A DNA stretch of 64,000 nucleotides from Narcine bancroftii (lineage: Eukaryota): positions 205,220,001 to 205,284,000 of the forward strand of contig NC_091473.1 in NCBI RefSeq assembly GCF_036971445.1, given 5' to 3'. This document shows positions 47,905 to 62,616 of this stretch, in pieces. The notes beneath the pieces were generated by a model. That model was not told the origin of the DNA. It worked only from the letters and a program-made list of their open reading frames with translations, and searched no databases. The position numbers and the translations under genes are program-made. Within the stretch, counting starts at the first letter, position 1. Each line of letters starts with the position of its first letter.

Positions 47905-48791
47905 TAAAGGTGTTAATTCGATATGGAGAAGGGTACCAGAAGAGAAGAAAAGCGAGAATTGATAGGGGAGGTGGTTTTGGCTCTATGACCACAGAGCTGG
48001 GATCATAGAGGAAAAACAAATAGACGTCTTCATTCAATGGAAAGTCAGGAGAGAAGTACAGTCAAACAGTGAAATGGTGTTAATTTGATATGGAGACGAA
48101 GACCAGGAGAGAGAGGAAGTAAGAATGCATTGGGGAGGAGGTTTGGCTCTATGAATACAGAGCTGNNNNNNNNNNNNNNNNNNNNNNNNNNNNNNNNNNN
48201 NNNNNNNNNNNNNNNNNNNNNNNNNNNNNNNNNNNNNNNNNNNNNNNNNNNNNNNNNNNNNNNNNNNNNNNNNNNNNNNNNNNNNNNNNNNNNNNNNNNN
48301 NNNNNNNNNNNNNNNNNNNNNNNNNNNNNNNNNNNNNNNNNNNNNNNNNNNNNNNNNNNNNNNNNNNNNNNNNNNNNNNNNNNNNNNNNNNNNNNNNNNN
48401 NNNNNNNNNNNNNNNNNNNNNNNNNNNNNNNNNNNNNNNNNNNNNNNNNNNNNNNNNNNNNNNNNNNNNNNNNNNNNNNNNNNNNNTTAATTTGATATGG
48501 AGACGAAGACCAGGAGAGAGGAGGTAAGAATGCATTGAGGAGGAGGTTTGGCTCTATGAATACAGAGNNNNNNNNNNNNNNNNNNNNNNNNNNNNNNNNN
48601 NNNNNNNNNNNNNNNNNNNNNNNNNNNNNNNNNNNNNNNNNNNNNNNNNNNNNNNNNNNNNNNNNNNNNNNNNNNNNNNNNNNNNNNNNNNNNNNNNNNN
48701 NNNNNNNNNNNNNNNNNNNNNNNNNNNNNNNNNNNNNNNNNNNNNNNNNNNNNNNNNNNNNNNNNNNNNNNNNNNNNNNNNNNNNNNNNNN
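47905..48791. repeat. Tandem repeat (~167-bp unit), partly N-masked
   Basis: ttaatt(c/t)gatatggaga...ggtttggctctatga recurs at ~47913, ~48080 and ~48487 around the N-runs. Confidence 0.7.
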
Positions 48792-49629
48792 NGTGAGAGA
48801 GAGACGGCTGGAGGGAAAAGGAGATATAGCGATATTTGTGTGGGGGGAGGGGAAGCTGATGGAAACCATAGAATTCAATTTGTATGCCATCTGGATGGAG
48901 GATTCCCAGAGCGATTATGACATTTTCCCTCCAGTGTTCGGGTGGTCTCAGTCTGACAGTTTACCAGAACATGCCAGCCATTTACATAAGGGAATCGGAC
49001 AGAAATAGAAATGTTTAGTTCCTGGGATATCCTGCTATGGCGGCACTCAAAGCTGAGGTACTGAATGATGCGATCTCCCAGTATGACATCGAAGCCAACA
49101 CTCAGGTATGGAGGAGGGGAGAAAGGAAGGGAGGAAGGGAGAAAAAAGAGCGAAAGGTAAGAGAGATGGAGATAGGGAAAGAGGGATAAAATGTCAGAGG
49201 AAGTACGGAAAGAAGGCACGTATTGAAATTGCGGTCGAAGGTAGTCTGAATGCATCAGGATCGACCTCTTTCAATCGCCAAACCAATCAACGCGGAGCAC
49301 TGACTGAACAATCAAAATTTTGGGGAAATGCCCGCTCGTTTTATCGAAATAGAAACATGCCCCTCTCCGATCCAGAGTCCAAACACGACAGATTAAATCC
49401 AGAGGCCATGTTTTTCCCCAGACCAAACAGAACGCCGTTTCTCTGGTCAATATGGATTCCCATGTACGTTTTAGTTTCCATGGCATTTGTGCGACCACGG
49501 TATTTTTTCTCTACTTCACTGCTGCTTAACATTAAGTATAATATTTATTGTCGTTTTCATTGAACAATATACAGATGCGCAGACATTCCTACTTGCTGCA
49601 GCCCAGCGTATATTTGATAAATAAATAAA

Positions 49630-51240
49630 GGAACTTCCTTCTGGCCGTTGATGGAGTAGTAGCTTTTTGAAGTTGCTTCAGCTTATTTTACCATTTTCAA
49701 AATTTTAAAGTCCTTATTCTTAAACCACGTTGTGCATTAAATTGATTGGATCAACGGCAGTAACTGTCTTCAATATGGATAGAAGGAGATAAGTGAAATC
49801 CTCCCGCATCTTGGGAATATCTTATGGAATTGCTTCGACAACAAACGAAAGAATTATTTGATTAGAAAGAAATTCATAAAGGAATTTAAGGAGATGAATG
49901 CTAAATTGGATTATTTTCAAGAAATATAACACGATCATGATAGACGTATTCATGATAATGAAGAAATCTCGACTGTTTTGGATGGAAGACTGGATGATAT
50001 TTCAAATGTTATGTAAAAAGCTATAAAATACTAATTAAGAATTAAAGCATAATATCATTAACCTCGAAAACAAAAGCAGAAGAAATAACTTACAAATTCT
50101 GGGCTTGAAAGTGTCAATTGAGGGTGATCAACCTACTAAATCCGTTGAAAGTTTTTTTTGTAAGAAATGTGTTGTCCTGGAGTCTTCAGACTCTCCCTGT
50201 CAGTTCTAGTCAGAGAACTCGATCGGTTGTTGTGTGTCTTCATGAATTTCAAATTAAGAATCTTTTAACATGTGAATATCGTCGAAGAGGAATGATGGAC
50301 TACAAAGGTCAGAAGATTCGTCTCCTTGAAGATTATTCTCCCGCTGTTACGAGTAAGAGTGTTAGATATAAGAAGATACTGTCGTATTTCTACAACCAAA
50401 GGGTTAAGAGGGTTTAAGCCTTCGTTGATTTTTCCAATACGCCTTCGAATTACACTGAAGGACAAATCTAAGAAATAGTTTTGTTCCGATTAAGATGCCC
50501 AGGAGTTTTTGAATGAATATCTACCATCTATTTTATCTCCATCAGTGTAACTGTTTTTCTAATTCCTGGAGATGATTAACTTCATGAGTCTTTTAATTAA
50601 TAGAATGTTTTAATGATTTAATGCTTTAAGTGTTTATAACTTTTGATTTGAGTGTTTTGACACTTATTTAACAACTTAGATTATAATAATAATCTTGAAT
50701 CTGATTTATTTAAATTAATCTTCTAATACGAAGGTATCTTTTCGTTGTGATAAATGCATCAATGGAGATGCTTCATTAATTCATATGTTTTTGAATTTTC
50801 AGTTTTGAGAAATATTGGAACCAAGTATTTCAAAATTTCTCAGCACGTTTTAAAGCTAATTGTATACCGAATACCTTATCGTCCATATTTTGCATTGTTA
50901 GAGAGAATGACATAAAGTCAACAGCATCTGATCTGCATATACTAACTTTTCATTTCCTCATGGCTCGGCGGGCAGTGTTGCTTAGATGGACAGACATTGC
51001 TCTGTCTATTCATGCTCAATGGATACGTGACCTAATGGCATATTGATATTTAGAGAAGATTAGATGCTCAATCTTTGAATTACTTTCATAAACTTTCATT
51101 TGATATGAAGGTAGAATTGTTGACTAATGAGGCAATTTATTACTCCGATAAGAATTTGTTGTTCCTTTGCTGTTAGTCAAACAGCTTATTTCTTGGTAGT
51201 GGGTTTGGATTGTTTATTAAATAATAAAATATTAATACAA
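49630..51240 (+). mobile_element. Internally deleted, degraded L1 (5' UTR, ORF1 remnant and ORF2 3' end)
   Basis: LENKSRRNNLQILGL and RSVVVCLHEFQIK..YKGQKIRLLEDYSP are ORF1 remnants; ctcatggctcggcgggcagtgttgcttagatgg (LMARRAVLLRW) is the ORF2 C-terminus. Confidence 0.65.
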
Positions 51241-51599
51241 TATAGCTTGCTTGGTTGACAATGTGAATGGAGCAAGCTATCATTGGGGTAACTGAGGTGG
51301 AATTGTTGCAAATTTAATGAAACACTTCGACGGACAAATTCATTGATAGGATTGGCAAATTGGACCAGTGTTGGTGGGGCATTTTCAGTGAGGTTTGCAG
51401 GTTAGCTTGAAGATCCTATTTGCATAATTTTTCTCCATGATATCTGATATAGCAGAAGGCATTGCAACAATCTCATGCTGCAGGATTAACACCGTTCAGA
51501 AATACAGATCGCCGTTATCCCCTTGTCAATTTAAGCGGCTCATGCCATACTGACACATTTGTGCAGTCTCTATAACGAAGTGCAAAAAATGCAATTAAT

Positions 51600-51729
51600 T
51601 CGCCTGGAAATTGATGACAAGGAGAGAAGTGCACCTCTTAAAGAGAGATATTGTTTCCGACTCTGCCAAGTATCTCCTTGGAATGAGATCCGCTGTGTTG
51701 CAGAGAAGCAGAAGATCCAAACAAAAACC
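51600..51729 (+). pseudogene. V-segment relic retaining a 23-RSS
   Basis: gactctgccaagtatctccttggaatgaga (DSAKYLLGMR, resembling DSAVYYCAMR), then cgctgtg (51691-51697), exactly 23 nt, and a perfect nonamer acaaaaacc (51721-51729). Confidence 0.65.
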
Positions 51730-54099
51730 AACCAGTGCAGTTTCAGCGAACGCTTACGAGAGGGTGGAGGTCCCATAGTAAAGGAAAATTATCTGAGACT
51801 AAAAGATTCTCGAAGGTTTCAACAAATGCACTGTGAACATTCCTGAATTTGAAGTAAAAGGATCACAATGCTCCCAATGTTATCCATGCTCGTTCTTCTG
51901 TAAATCACACGCTCCGACCCTATCAATATTAGTACCTTTTAAACTAGTAATCTACAAGAATATATATTTTCCGCCTTGATATCGAGGTAAATGTTTGTAA
52001 ATTTTGTACTGAGTTGTAGAAACTCTTGATATGATTACAATATTTTATTTGATATTCTGCATCGAGGAAGATTAGCGATTCACCAGAAACCGGAGGTTTC
52101 AGCAATTATTTTGCTTTTTGCAATTTTCAATTCCCGATGTAGTGTGAGCACCGTTCCTTTCGGCAATCGCTGGTAAGATAGTGGAATTTAAATTTTAATG
52201 AGACCCAAAAGATACGGTTATTTCAGACTTTGGTATTTCATTCTGAGTAATGCAATTTTTGGAATTATGAGCTCTATTTTCCTGTGCGGTTAAATAAAGT
52301 TCATTCTTGTTCCTTGCATGTGAAGTGTTTGCTCGTGTATGTGCCTCCAGTGATTGTATCGTTTCCCATCGCAGACCCCAAAGTGCATAGGTCTCCGTGG
52401 GATAATGTAAACATTAAATTGCCTAAGTACGTATCTGATTCTCTGAAAGGATTGACGTGGTGCAGAACATTTAAACTTAGTTTGGAGCAGATTGGTATAT
52501 TTATTTAAAAATGTTTTGTTCAAAGTGGATCTCTGAGAAAGGTCACACTGAGCCGACGTCTATTACATAAATTCATACACTTAAACATACAGAATGGTGT
52601 CTCAGCAACAGGAGCCAGACGACTTGAGCAATTTTGGCATTTAGCGTTAGAGTGCCCTTCTGTTTCTCCAACGTGTTTCCAACAAGATTATTCTCGTCAG
52701 TTCATGGAAAATGTTTTTCCATTCTTCTTCTTTGGCTTGGCTTCTCGGACGAAGATAAGAGCGCTGGAGATTGAAACACTAAAATTAGTGCGAAGGAGAT
52801 CTCAGAGACTGAGAAATAGTAAGNNNNNNNNNNNNNNNNNNNNNNNNNNNNNNNNNNNNNNNNNNNNNNNNNNNNNNNNNNNNNNNNNNNNNNNNNNNNN
52901 NNNNNNNNNNNNNNNNNNNNNNNNNNNNNNNNNNNNNNNNNNNNNNNNNNNNNNNNNNNNNNNNNNNNNNNNNNNNNNNNNNNNNNNNNNNNNTTCTGGA
53001 CAAGGACAGAGGGAGAATACAAGTTTTAGAATTACTTCTGGACAATTATTATAACAATGATCGAGAGTTGCAAAATGAGGTTTCGTTCGAGAAATCGTGG
53101 GATAATGCCAGATATCAACAAAGAACAGTGGGTGAGAGCTTGCGTGGAAGAGACAGAGACATTGAAACAGACGACAGACAGAGGCGGGAAAACATTAACA
53201 CATAGATAAAGAATAGATACTGAATCGTAGAACGTTGAAATATTCCCTGTGCAAACTTGCTCACACGGATAAAAATTGTCCCCCTCACTGTAGTCCCACC
53301 TGTCTGTATTTCGCCGACATCTTTATAATCATGCCGATTTATCCGTCGATACGTCTTCAATATTCCAATAACCACCTATTTCCTTTCCCTTTTCCACACA
53401 TCCACCAGACTTTGTTACCTATTAAGTATATGTTCATTCTCTTTTTTTCTACTCTGAGCAAAATACTGCGTTCTCCTGATGAATTCTTCTCATGACTATG
53501 TGTAACTACCATCCACTATGTCGGTCTTAATCAGGCGAGAACTTCCAAATACAACACCTAACATTTCTAAATTACATTCCACACACCATTCAGCGACCCA
53601 ATCATTCTAGATCTTACTGTAAAATACCAGACACATCAGTGTCACTCGGAAATTTCATAATCCTGCAACGTCCATTTTTATACAAATCATTGCTGCAGAT
53701 GACAACCAGCAATGGACACATCTCGGGAGTCAATGTACGAATTGCGTCACTCGAGAGCAATGAGGCAATCACATACTGGAGGAAAACAATTTGCAGAAAG
53801 AGAAAATTGCCTGTTTTCTGAATTTCCTCTGGCTAAACAAATAAAATATATTCGCGTCTACCACATTTGGTCGGGAGGTAAACACCGTTACAAGCCTTTT
53901 GTCTAACGGATAATTTCAATGCTTCCCGTTGAGTTTTTCCTTAAATGATTCCCGCGGGAAACATCGTTTGATTCACTGAAGGACCATATGAGGATAATGC
54001 AATGTCCGAGAAGTGTCTGTGCTGACGCTAGAAGGAAAATGAGCTGGAACAATGAATTGCAGCAACCGGCAGCATTCAGTGACGACATTGTCATTACAT

Positions 54100-57000
54100 C
54101 CAGTGAGCGGAGGAATATTCGAAATATATAATCTGAAGATGTTCAGGACTAGATCGGGAGAGCGATGTCAAGATTCCGTTTGTCATAAGAACATTTGGCT
54201 GGATCTTTCAACTATCTCCGTGAATCTTGTCCTTGAGGCCGGAGTGTTAACAACAGGAGAGGTGATGGACATTGCCCCTCAGCCTACGGACAGCAGAAAC
54301 AATCAGGACAAGTTGCCCTAACCATCCACATCAGCGGAAGGCTGTTACAAAATATGCGCTGGTCTTGTCTGTAAGCCCAGATGTCTTGCAGGTGCTTTGG
54401 TTGGGATCCCAGAAGTTTCCATGCCACTGGTAGAGTAGTCCTGGTCTGCCTGGACATTAACCAGTGCGCTGGCGAACCCAGGGTGGTGTCGCCGGAATGT
54501 TACTTAAGTTTAGTAGGTTGAGGAAAATGTCTGCCTTCTCTCTGTGGAAATTCTCCATTAGCTGCTTGGCACTGCTCACAGCACTTCGAGCCAGCCCATC
54601 TGATTGTATGTACTCTAGGCTGCTGGTGATGTGGTTGAAGTCTCATTTCTTCGCCAAATTGTGGAACCTCTATCATGTGAACTGTCTACCGTTGTCCGAG
54701 AGAAGTGTGTGAGGTGCACCGTGTACCAAAAAAATCAATTTTAATTTGATGATGACAGCCACAGAGGTTGCGATCTGGAGCAGGTCTATATCAGGTCTAT
54801 ATCAGGTCTATATAAAACCAGCCTATATCAAACCAGCCTGAGTATGAGTCTATAAGTATTAGGCACTGTTGCCTCCGTCATTCAGAGCATTCTGACTCTC
54901 TCTGTTTCTCTATCAAAGGGAAGTTCGGGTACCGGGTGTAGCTGCAATGGCTTTTTCTGCTGGCATGGCTTGGTACCGTTGAACACCGAGCAGGACTGTA
55001 CCTCTTCACGTATATTCTCTGCCATAGCTGGCCAGAAGTAAATGTCGCTTATTCTACGTTTCATTTCTTTGGCGCCAGGTTGCCCGCTGTGCAGGATCTC
55101 CACATACTTATTCTGCAGTGTTTTGGGGATGCCTACCCTATGTCCCTTCAGGATTACCCCTTCATCAATAAGCAGTTAATTGCTGTAAGGAAAGAAAGGG
55201 TACACAGCTGGTGGCCGGCTGCGTTGCTTGGCCGGCCAGCTGCCCTTAGTGAAGATGCCCATTGTAGTAAGGATTCCATTTTCTGCCGTGTGCTTTCTTA
55301 GTTCATCCAGCCGGGCTGAGGAAAGATGGGTTTGGTCATCACATGGAAACTGTCCTCTTCACGACCAGTTGGACCATGCAGTGGTTGGTTTCTGTAGTGA
55401 CTGGCCTGCCATCGACATAATACTTCATTTTCGAGCAGGCGAAAACTATAGCCAGTAGCTCTTTATCAAGTGAGCATATCTCGTTTCCATGTCTGTACGT
55501 GGCCGAGAAGAGTACTACTGATTTTCCGTCCTGCATTCATGCTTCCCTAGGTAGTACTGTGAGGCAACTCAGGTCAGCATCACCAATCTACGTATGCCAT
55601 ATTAGGATAGGACTGTGGTAGGCATTTTGTTGTTGTTCGTGCCAGGTCCATTCAACGTCTCTATAGGTCAACTGTTTAAGCGGGGCTGTAAGTTCACTGA
55701 AGTTGGACATGAACTTTCCCAAGTCGTCATCATGCCCAGGAACAGTTGCACTGCAGTCATGTTCGTTGGCACCGTAATGTCACTGAAAGCTCTTGTTTTG
55801 GGACGGTCTGCCTTCAGGTCATTGGTGGTGAACATGTTTCCCAGGTAGCTGTGTTGATTTCGAAATAACCTGCTTTTGAAAAGGTTGAGCCGCAGGTTTA
55901 CATTCAGTGCCTGGTCGAACCCCTTTCTTCAGTTGGCATCATGCTCTTCTTGTTGAATATGATGGAACAGGGGTACCTTTGGAATACCTCGCAAGTCGAC
56001 TTGATGCTAAATAGCAATCTGAAGAAACTGTACCGACCAAAAGCAGTGCTGAACGTGGTCAGAAGTAATCAGCGGTAGTCGAGCAGGATGTGCCTGACGA
56101 GGTCTTCACATCCAGGACCGAGAATATCATTGTGCTGGCCATCTGTGCAGCAAGTTCGTCCATGGCGTGCATGAAGCGATGTTGTTTTTACAGAGGTCTC
56201 GTGGATTTATACATATTCTCATCCTCTGTCCATCTTTGTTTGGGCGGCTATCACGGAGGACACCATTTGGTTTGTTTTTTGGTTTAAGTGATGAAGCCTA
56301 AGACCTGCATTCTTTCCAGCTCAGCCTTGACTTTATCCTTCATTGCTACTGGAATGCGGTGCACCAGACGGACTACAGTTCTTACCTTTGTGTCTAGCCG
56401 CATGGAGTACATCACTGGCAGCCTGCAGAACTCATATTTGAAAGGTTCACTATACTCAGAAAAAACGTTTCTGTGAGATATAGTCCTTGGAGTGGCTTAA
56501 CTGATGGACCTCTGTGCTAAAAGAAATAAGCCCCATGTCCATGCACGCACTGAGGCCTAGCAGAGGCATGACGTCCTCAGGGACCTTGAAGGAATTTAGC
56601 ACGTGGATCCGTCCTTTAAAAATAATATCGCAGACACATCATGCAGTTGGTTTGGATTCTGCTGACCCCATAAGCAATAGGCTGATAGACGATGCATATT
56701 TTGACTTGTTTTGTCCATCTCAGCTTTTTAAACATCCTCAGTGACATTTTCCCCAGTGTCGACTTTCATCTCAGCTGTCGTGCTGTTGACTTCCATGGAT
56801 CCGACGATCTCTGCTGGGTTGACTGCCATCTCCCTGGTAAACCCATCAACGTAGTACTCATCGTCGGTTTCGCTCCCTCTCTGCTCTGGTTCCAAGTGGT
56901 CGATGGTCCTCCTGTGTCTAGTTCTTGCAGTGGTTTGCTTCCTGGACCTGCAGCACCAGCTGATGTGGTTCCATTTGTCGCAGTTCCTGCAATGCTGCCT

Positions 57001-57156
57001 GAACTCCGGACAGATCTCCCTTCTTAGCATGTGATCTCATCTGCAGTTGCCACATCTTGTCTTGCACGTAGCTTGGCCGGGCTCTCTTGGCTGTCTCTTC
57101 CTTCTGACCTCATGCCACTCTCTGCTCGCCGGTTCTGACTCTATCGCATCAATGCT
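54100..57156 (-). mobile_element. Ty3/Gypsy LTR retrotransposon, pol and 3' gag, degraded
   Basis: Gag CCHC (CRNCDKWNHISWC), protease (KVDTG), RNase H (KELLAIVFACSK..GRPVTTETNH) and integrase zinc-binding (LHSGQPG..FWPAM..IREEVQSCSVF) remnants, with the integrase last as in Gypsy. Confidence 0.85.
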
Positions 57157-60100
57157 TATGGTGGAGGGATAAAATGGTACCCCTTTGGAGATCACGAGGT
57201 AGGCTTCGTGAAAGCCAGAAGAGATGGGAGAAAATTTAAACTATCTTTTTTATCTTCGGTAGTCACCAAAGAAAAGAATATTGAGCGAGATGTAGTGAAT
57301 AAACGTGGTAGGGAGGTCATGGATAATATAAGAATCAATGAGGAGGTAGTGTTAGCTATAGGGAAAAATATCAAGGTGGATAAATCTCCAGGTCCTGACA
57401 AAATATTCCAGAGGAACCTGAGGGAGGTTAGTGAACAAATAGCGGGGTGGTTGACCGAAATATTCGGGAATTGGGTGACTGTGAGGAAAGGAGAGAGGGT
57501 GCCAGTGCAGAGTACCCCTGTGGAAGTTCCCCTCAGCAAAATGTATACGGCATTGGATACTGCTGGTAGGAACAGCCTATCAGGGACGAGTCGTGGGGGC
57601 AGGTCTCTGGCACAGGGGCTGCCCCTGAGGCTCAGAAGAGAAGGAGGGATAAGAAGAGGGTTATTGTGGTTGGGGACTCACTTGTCAGAGGGACAGATAG
57701 GAGGTTTGTTGGACGAGATCGGGGATCCAGGTTGGTCTGTTGGCTCCCTGCTGCTCAGGTCCGGGACGTCTCTGATCAAGTTCACAGAATTTTGCAAGGG
57801 GAAGGTGAGCAGCCAGAAGTCGTGTTCCATGTGGGGACCAATGGCTTAGTTAGAAGTGGGGATGAGGTCCTGAAACAGGAATACATAGAATTAGGCAGGA
57901 AGGTAAAAAGCAGTTTCTCTAAGGTTGTAATCTCTGGATTGATGCTGGTGCAACGTGCTAGAGAAGGTAGTAATATGAGGATTTGGAGGATGAATGCGTG
58001 GGTAAAGAGTTGGTGCAGGGGGTAGGGGAATAGATTTTTGGATGATTGGGATCTCTTCTGGGGAAGGTCGTACATGCACAAAAGGGACGGACTGCACTTG
58101 AACTGGAGGGGACCAATATCCTGGCAAGCAGATTTGCTAGAGCTGTGGGGGTGGGTTTAAACTAGTTTGGCAGGGGGATGGGGAGCAGAGTTTGTGAGCA
58201 GTGGCTAGGGTGCATGACCACCTATTTAAGAATGATAAAGATAACAAAGGAAGGATGGAGGTTAAGGTAAAAGGTAGAAGGAATATATGTGATGGTCATT
58301 CTCTGAAATGCATGTACTTTAACGTAAGATGCATAGTGAACGAGGTATATGAGCTTAGGGTATGGATTGGCACGGAATCATGATGTTGTGGCAATTAGTG
58401 AGAGCTGGTTACAGGAGGGACAACACTGGCAACTAAATATTCCAGAATACAAATGTTTTAGATGTGATAGAACAGGGGGTAAAAAAGTTGCTTTGCTTGT
58501 GAAGGAGGACATTACTGCCGTGAGGTGGCAGGATGGTTTGGAGGGATCGTCCAGTGAGGCTGTTTGGGTGGAATTGAGGGGTGGAGGAGGCATTAGGGAA
58601 CTAATAGGAGTGTATCATAGACAACCAAATGGGCCAAGAAAATTGGAGGAACAAATTTGTAAGGAGATAGCATATATGTGTAATAAACATAAGGTAGTGA
58701 TCATGGGAGATTTTAACTTCCCTCACATTGATTGGGATACCCATACAGTAAGAGGGCTGGATGGGCTAGAGTTTTTCAAATGTGTACAAGATAGTTTTCT
58801 TAATCAATAGGTAGAGGAACCGACTCGGGACGGTGTAATACTGGATCTCCTGTTAGGGAACGAGATAGGTCAGGTGTCTGAGGTTAATGTTGGAGAACAA
58901 ATTGGATCTAGTGATTACAACTCTATTAATTTGAGGGTAGTTTTAAGGAAGAGCAAAGAAGGGCCTAAAGTTGAGGTTCTGGATTGGAGAAAAGCAAATT
59001 TCTAAGGAATAAGAATGGATTTGGGGAGTACTGAGTGGGACATGATTTTTTCAGGGAAGGATGTAAATGAAAAATGGAGACTATTCAAAGAAGAAATTTT
59101 GAGAGTGCAGAGTAGATATGTCCCAGTGAAGATCAAAGGAAAGGCTGGAGCCTTGATTTTCGAGGAATATTATAAATTTGGTTAGGAGAAAGAGGGAGGT
59201 GTACAAGAGGTATAAACAGCAGGGTGATGAGAAATTGAAAGAGTACTGCAAGGAGTGTAGAAAAAATCTTAAGAAAGAAATTAGAAAGGCCAAAAAGAGG
59301 CACGAAGAGGCTTTGGCAGGCAGAGTAAGAATAAATCCAAAGGGTTTCTATAGGTACATTAAAAGTAAAAGATTAGTGAGGGATAGAATTGGACCCCTTG
59401 TAGATAGGGAGGGTAGGCTATGCGAGAAGTCAGAGGAGATGGGTGAAATTTTAAATGCTTTCTTTTCCTCGGTATTCACTAGGGAAAAAATATTGTACCA
59501 GTTAAGTAAAGAAAAATAGTGGGGAGGTCATGAATCATTTAAGGATAACCGAGGAGGTAGTGATGGCAGTGTTAAAAAAGATAAAGGTGCACAAATCTCC
59601 GGGACTGGACAAAGTATACTCAAGGACACCCAAGGAGGCTAGTGTATAGATAGTGGGGCCATTAACAGAGATATGTAGGATGTCACTGCTCACGCGGGTA
59701 GTGCCAGAGGATTGGAGGATGGCTCATGTTGTTCTGCTGTTTAAGAAAGGGTCCAAACGTAAGCCAGGAAATTATAGACCTGTGGGTCTGATGTCTGTGG
59801 TGGCTAAGTTGATGGAAAGCGTTCTGAGGGATGGCATTTACAAATATTTGGATGAACAGGGATTGATAGGCAGTAGTCAACATTGTTTTGTCAGGGGTAG
59901 ATCATGCTTAACAAACCTTCTAGAGTTTTTCGAGGGGGTTAGAAGAAGATTGATGAAGGGAAGGCTGTGGATGTTGCCTATGTAAACTTTAGGAAAGTAT
60001 TTGACAAAGTTCCCCACAGGAGGTTAGGTAAAAAGGTGGAGGCATTAGGTATCAATAAGGAAGTAGTGAAATGGATTCAGCAATGGTTGGATGAGAGGTG

Positions 60101-62616
60101 TCAGAGATTAGTGGTTGAAAATTATTTGTCAAATTGGAGGCCAGTGACTAGTGGAGTTCCTCAGGGATCGGTCCTGGGTCCATTATTGTTTGTTATATAT
60201 ATTAACGACCTGGAAGAAGGAGTGGTAAATTGGATAACTAAGTTTGCAGATGATTCAAAGATTGGTGGTATTGTGGACAGTGAGGAAGATTACCGGAGCT
60301 TAAAAAAAGAGATATAGGAAAGCTAGAGGAGTGGGCAGAAAAATAGCCGATGGAATTTAATACAGATGAGTGTGAAGTGTTGCATTTTGGAAAGGCAAAT
60401 CTAAATAGGTCATATACATTGAATGGTAGACAATTGAGGAATGCAGAACAACAAAGGGATTTAGGAGTTATGGTAAATAGTACCTTCAAAGTTGATACTC
60501 AGGTAGATAGAGTAGTGAAGAAGGCATTTGGAATGTTGGCCTTCATAAATCGGTGTATTGAATTCAAGAGTTGGGATGTTATGAAATTGTACAAAGCATT
60601 GGTGAGGCCAAATTCGGAATACTATGTGCAGTTTTGGTCACCACATTATAGGAACGATATAAACAAAATAGAGCGAGTGCAGAGAAGGTTCACGAGAATG
60701 TTGACAGGATGTTAGGATTTGAGTTACAGAGAATGGTTGAGCAGCCTGGGGCTTCTTTTCTCTGGAGCATAGAAGATTGAGGGGGGATTTGATGGAGGTG
60801 TTCAAGACTTTAAAAGGGACAGAGAGAGTCAACGTGGATAGGCTTAATTAAGAGTGTGGGATATTCAAACCAGAGGCCATGGTTTAAGATTGAAAGGGGA
60901 AAATTATAAGGGGAACATGAGGCGAAATTTCTTCACGCAAAGGGTGATTGGGATGTGGAATAAGCTTCCGGTGGAGGTGTTTGAAGCAGGAACATTATTT
61001 ACATTTAAGGAAAGACTGGATAATTACATGGTGAGGAGAGGATTGGAGGGGTACGTACCAGGTGCTGGTCAGTGGGACTAGGAGGGTGAGGATTTCTTCA
61101 TGCATGGACTAGTAGGGCCAAACAGGCCTGATATTTGCTGTATTTGGTTATATTATTATATTTAAAATATCACTGGCTATGGAGGAAGTGTTGGAGGACT
61201 GGAAAATGGCTCATGTGGCTCCACTGTTCAAAAACTGATCCAAAAGAAAACCTGGTAATTATAGGTCTGTACCTCGGACGTCAGGAGTGGGTAAATTAAG
61301 AGAAATTGTTCTTAGAGATGGTACAGGGAAAGACAGGGATTGATTCGCTGTAGTCAGCATATCAATCATGGTACATCATATCTAACAAATCTTATAGAAT
61401 TTTTCGAGGAGGTTACTAAAAGTGTGATGAGCGAAAGGCAATGGATGTTGTCTATTTGGACTATCGTAGGTTTTTGAAAAGGTTCCCCATATGAGGTTAA
61501 TAAAGAAGGTACAAACATTAGGTATTAAAGATGAAGTAGTAAAATGGATTCAACAACGTTTGGCTGGGAGGTGCCAGAGAGTCGAGGTGGAAAATTGTAT
61601 TTGGAATTGAAGTCCAGAGACGGTGGAGTTCCTCAGGTGACGATTAGAGTCCACGTCTGTTTGTCATACATATTAACGATCTTGATGATAGGGTGGAAAA
61701 TTTGGCTTTGTAAATTTGCAGATGATATATAGGTTGACGATGTTGTTGACTGTGAGAAAGATTATCAAAACTTACATGACTAAATAGGACAGTTAGAAAA
61801 GTGGGCTTTAAAATAGCAGATTGAGGCTAACACTGATAAATGTGATGTGATATAGTTTAGTCGGACTAATCAGAATAGGATATACACGTTAAATGATAGA
61901 CAATTGAGAAGTGCAGTGGAGTAAAGCGATTTAGGAGTCATGGTACATAATTCACTGAAAGTGAAATCACATATAGATAGGGTGGTGAAGAAGGCATTTA
62001 TTATGTTGGTTTTCATAAATCAGAGTATTGAATACAGAAGTTGAGATGTTATGTTGAAATGTGTCAAACATTGGTGAGGCCAAATTTGGAATATTGGGTG
62101 CAGTATTGGTCGCCGAATCATAGGAAAAATATAGAGATAGTGCAGAGGAGGTTTACGAGAATTTTACCATGGTTTCATGGGTGGAGTTACAGGGAAAGGT
62201 TGAGTAGGCTGGGAGTTTATTCCCTAGAGCATAGAAGATTGAGGGTTGATTTGATAGAAATAATCAAAATTATATGGGGTTAAGAAGGAATCAATGTGGA
62301 TATGCTTTTTACATTGTGAGTGGGGGAGATTCAAGCGAGAGGGCATGGATTGAGAGTAAAATGTATAAGGTGAGGGAAACATGAGGGGGAATTTCTTCAT
62401 GCAGAGGGTGGATTGGGTATGGAATTTCTTCCAGCAGAAGTTGCAGAAGCGAGATCATTGTTAATATTTAAGGATAAGTTGGACAACTTTATGAACGGAA
62501 GAGGTGTGGAGGGTTGTGGACCGAATGTGGGAGAGTGGAAGATGGGAAAAGATGTTCGGCAAGGACTAGTATGGCCAAACTGGCCTGTTTCTGTACTGTA
62601 AATGGTTATATGGTTA
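57157..62616 (+). mobile_element. Outer 5'-truncated CR1 LINE inserted in Gypsy gag and split by an inner CR1
   Basis: TSD aatgct at 57151-57156 and 62617-62622. KVDKSPGPD..LTEI (to 57464) resumes as FKISLA at ~61161. Confidence 0.8.
57465..61157 (+). mobile_element. Inner CR1 LINE (ORF1 SGNH-esterase part and ORF2 APE-RT), disrupted
   Basis: VGDSLVR..VFHVGTN..DGLHLN (GDSL/SGNH); GDFNFPHIDW; [18 protein letters not shown]; probable TSD atatt (57460-57464, 61158-61162). Confidence 0.88.

Noticed and set aside
52113-52292. Two J-like hints (gctttttgc..ttcggcaat..gtaag; ..atttttgga..)
   Set aside because: No FGxG motif and no heptamer at a 12-nt distance; consistent with chance.
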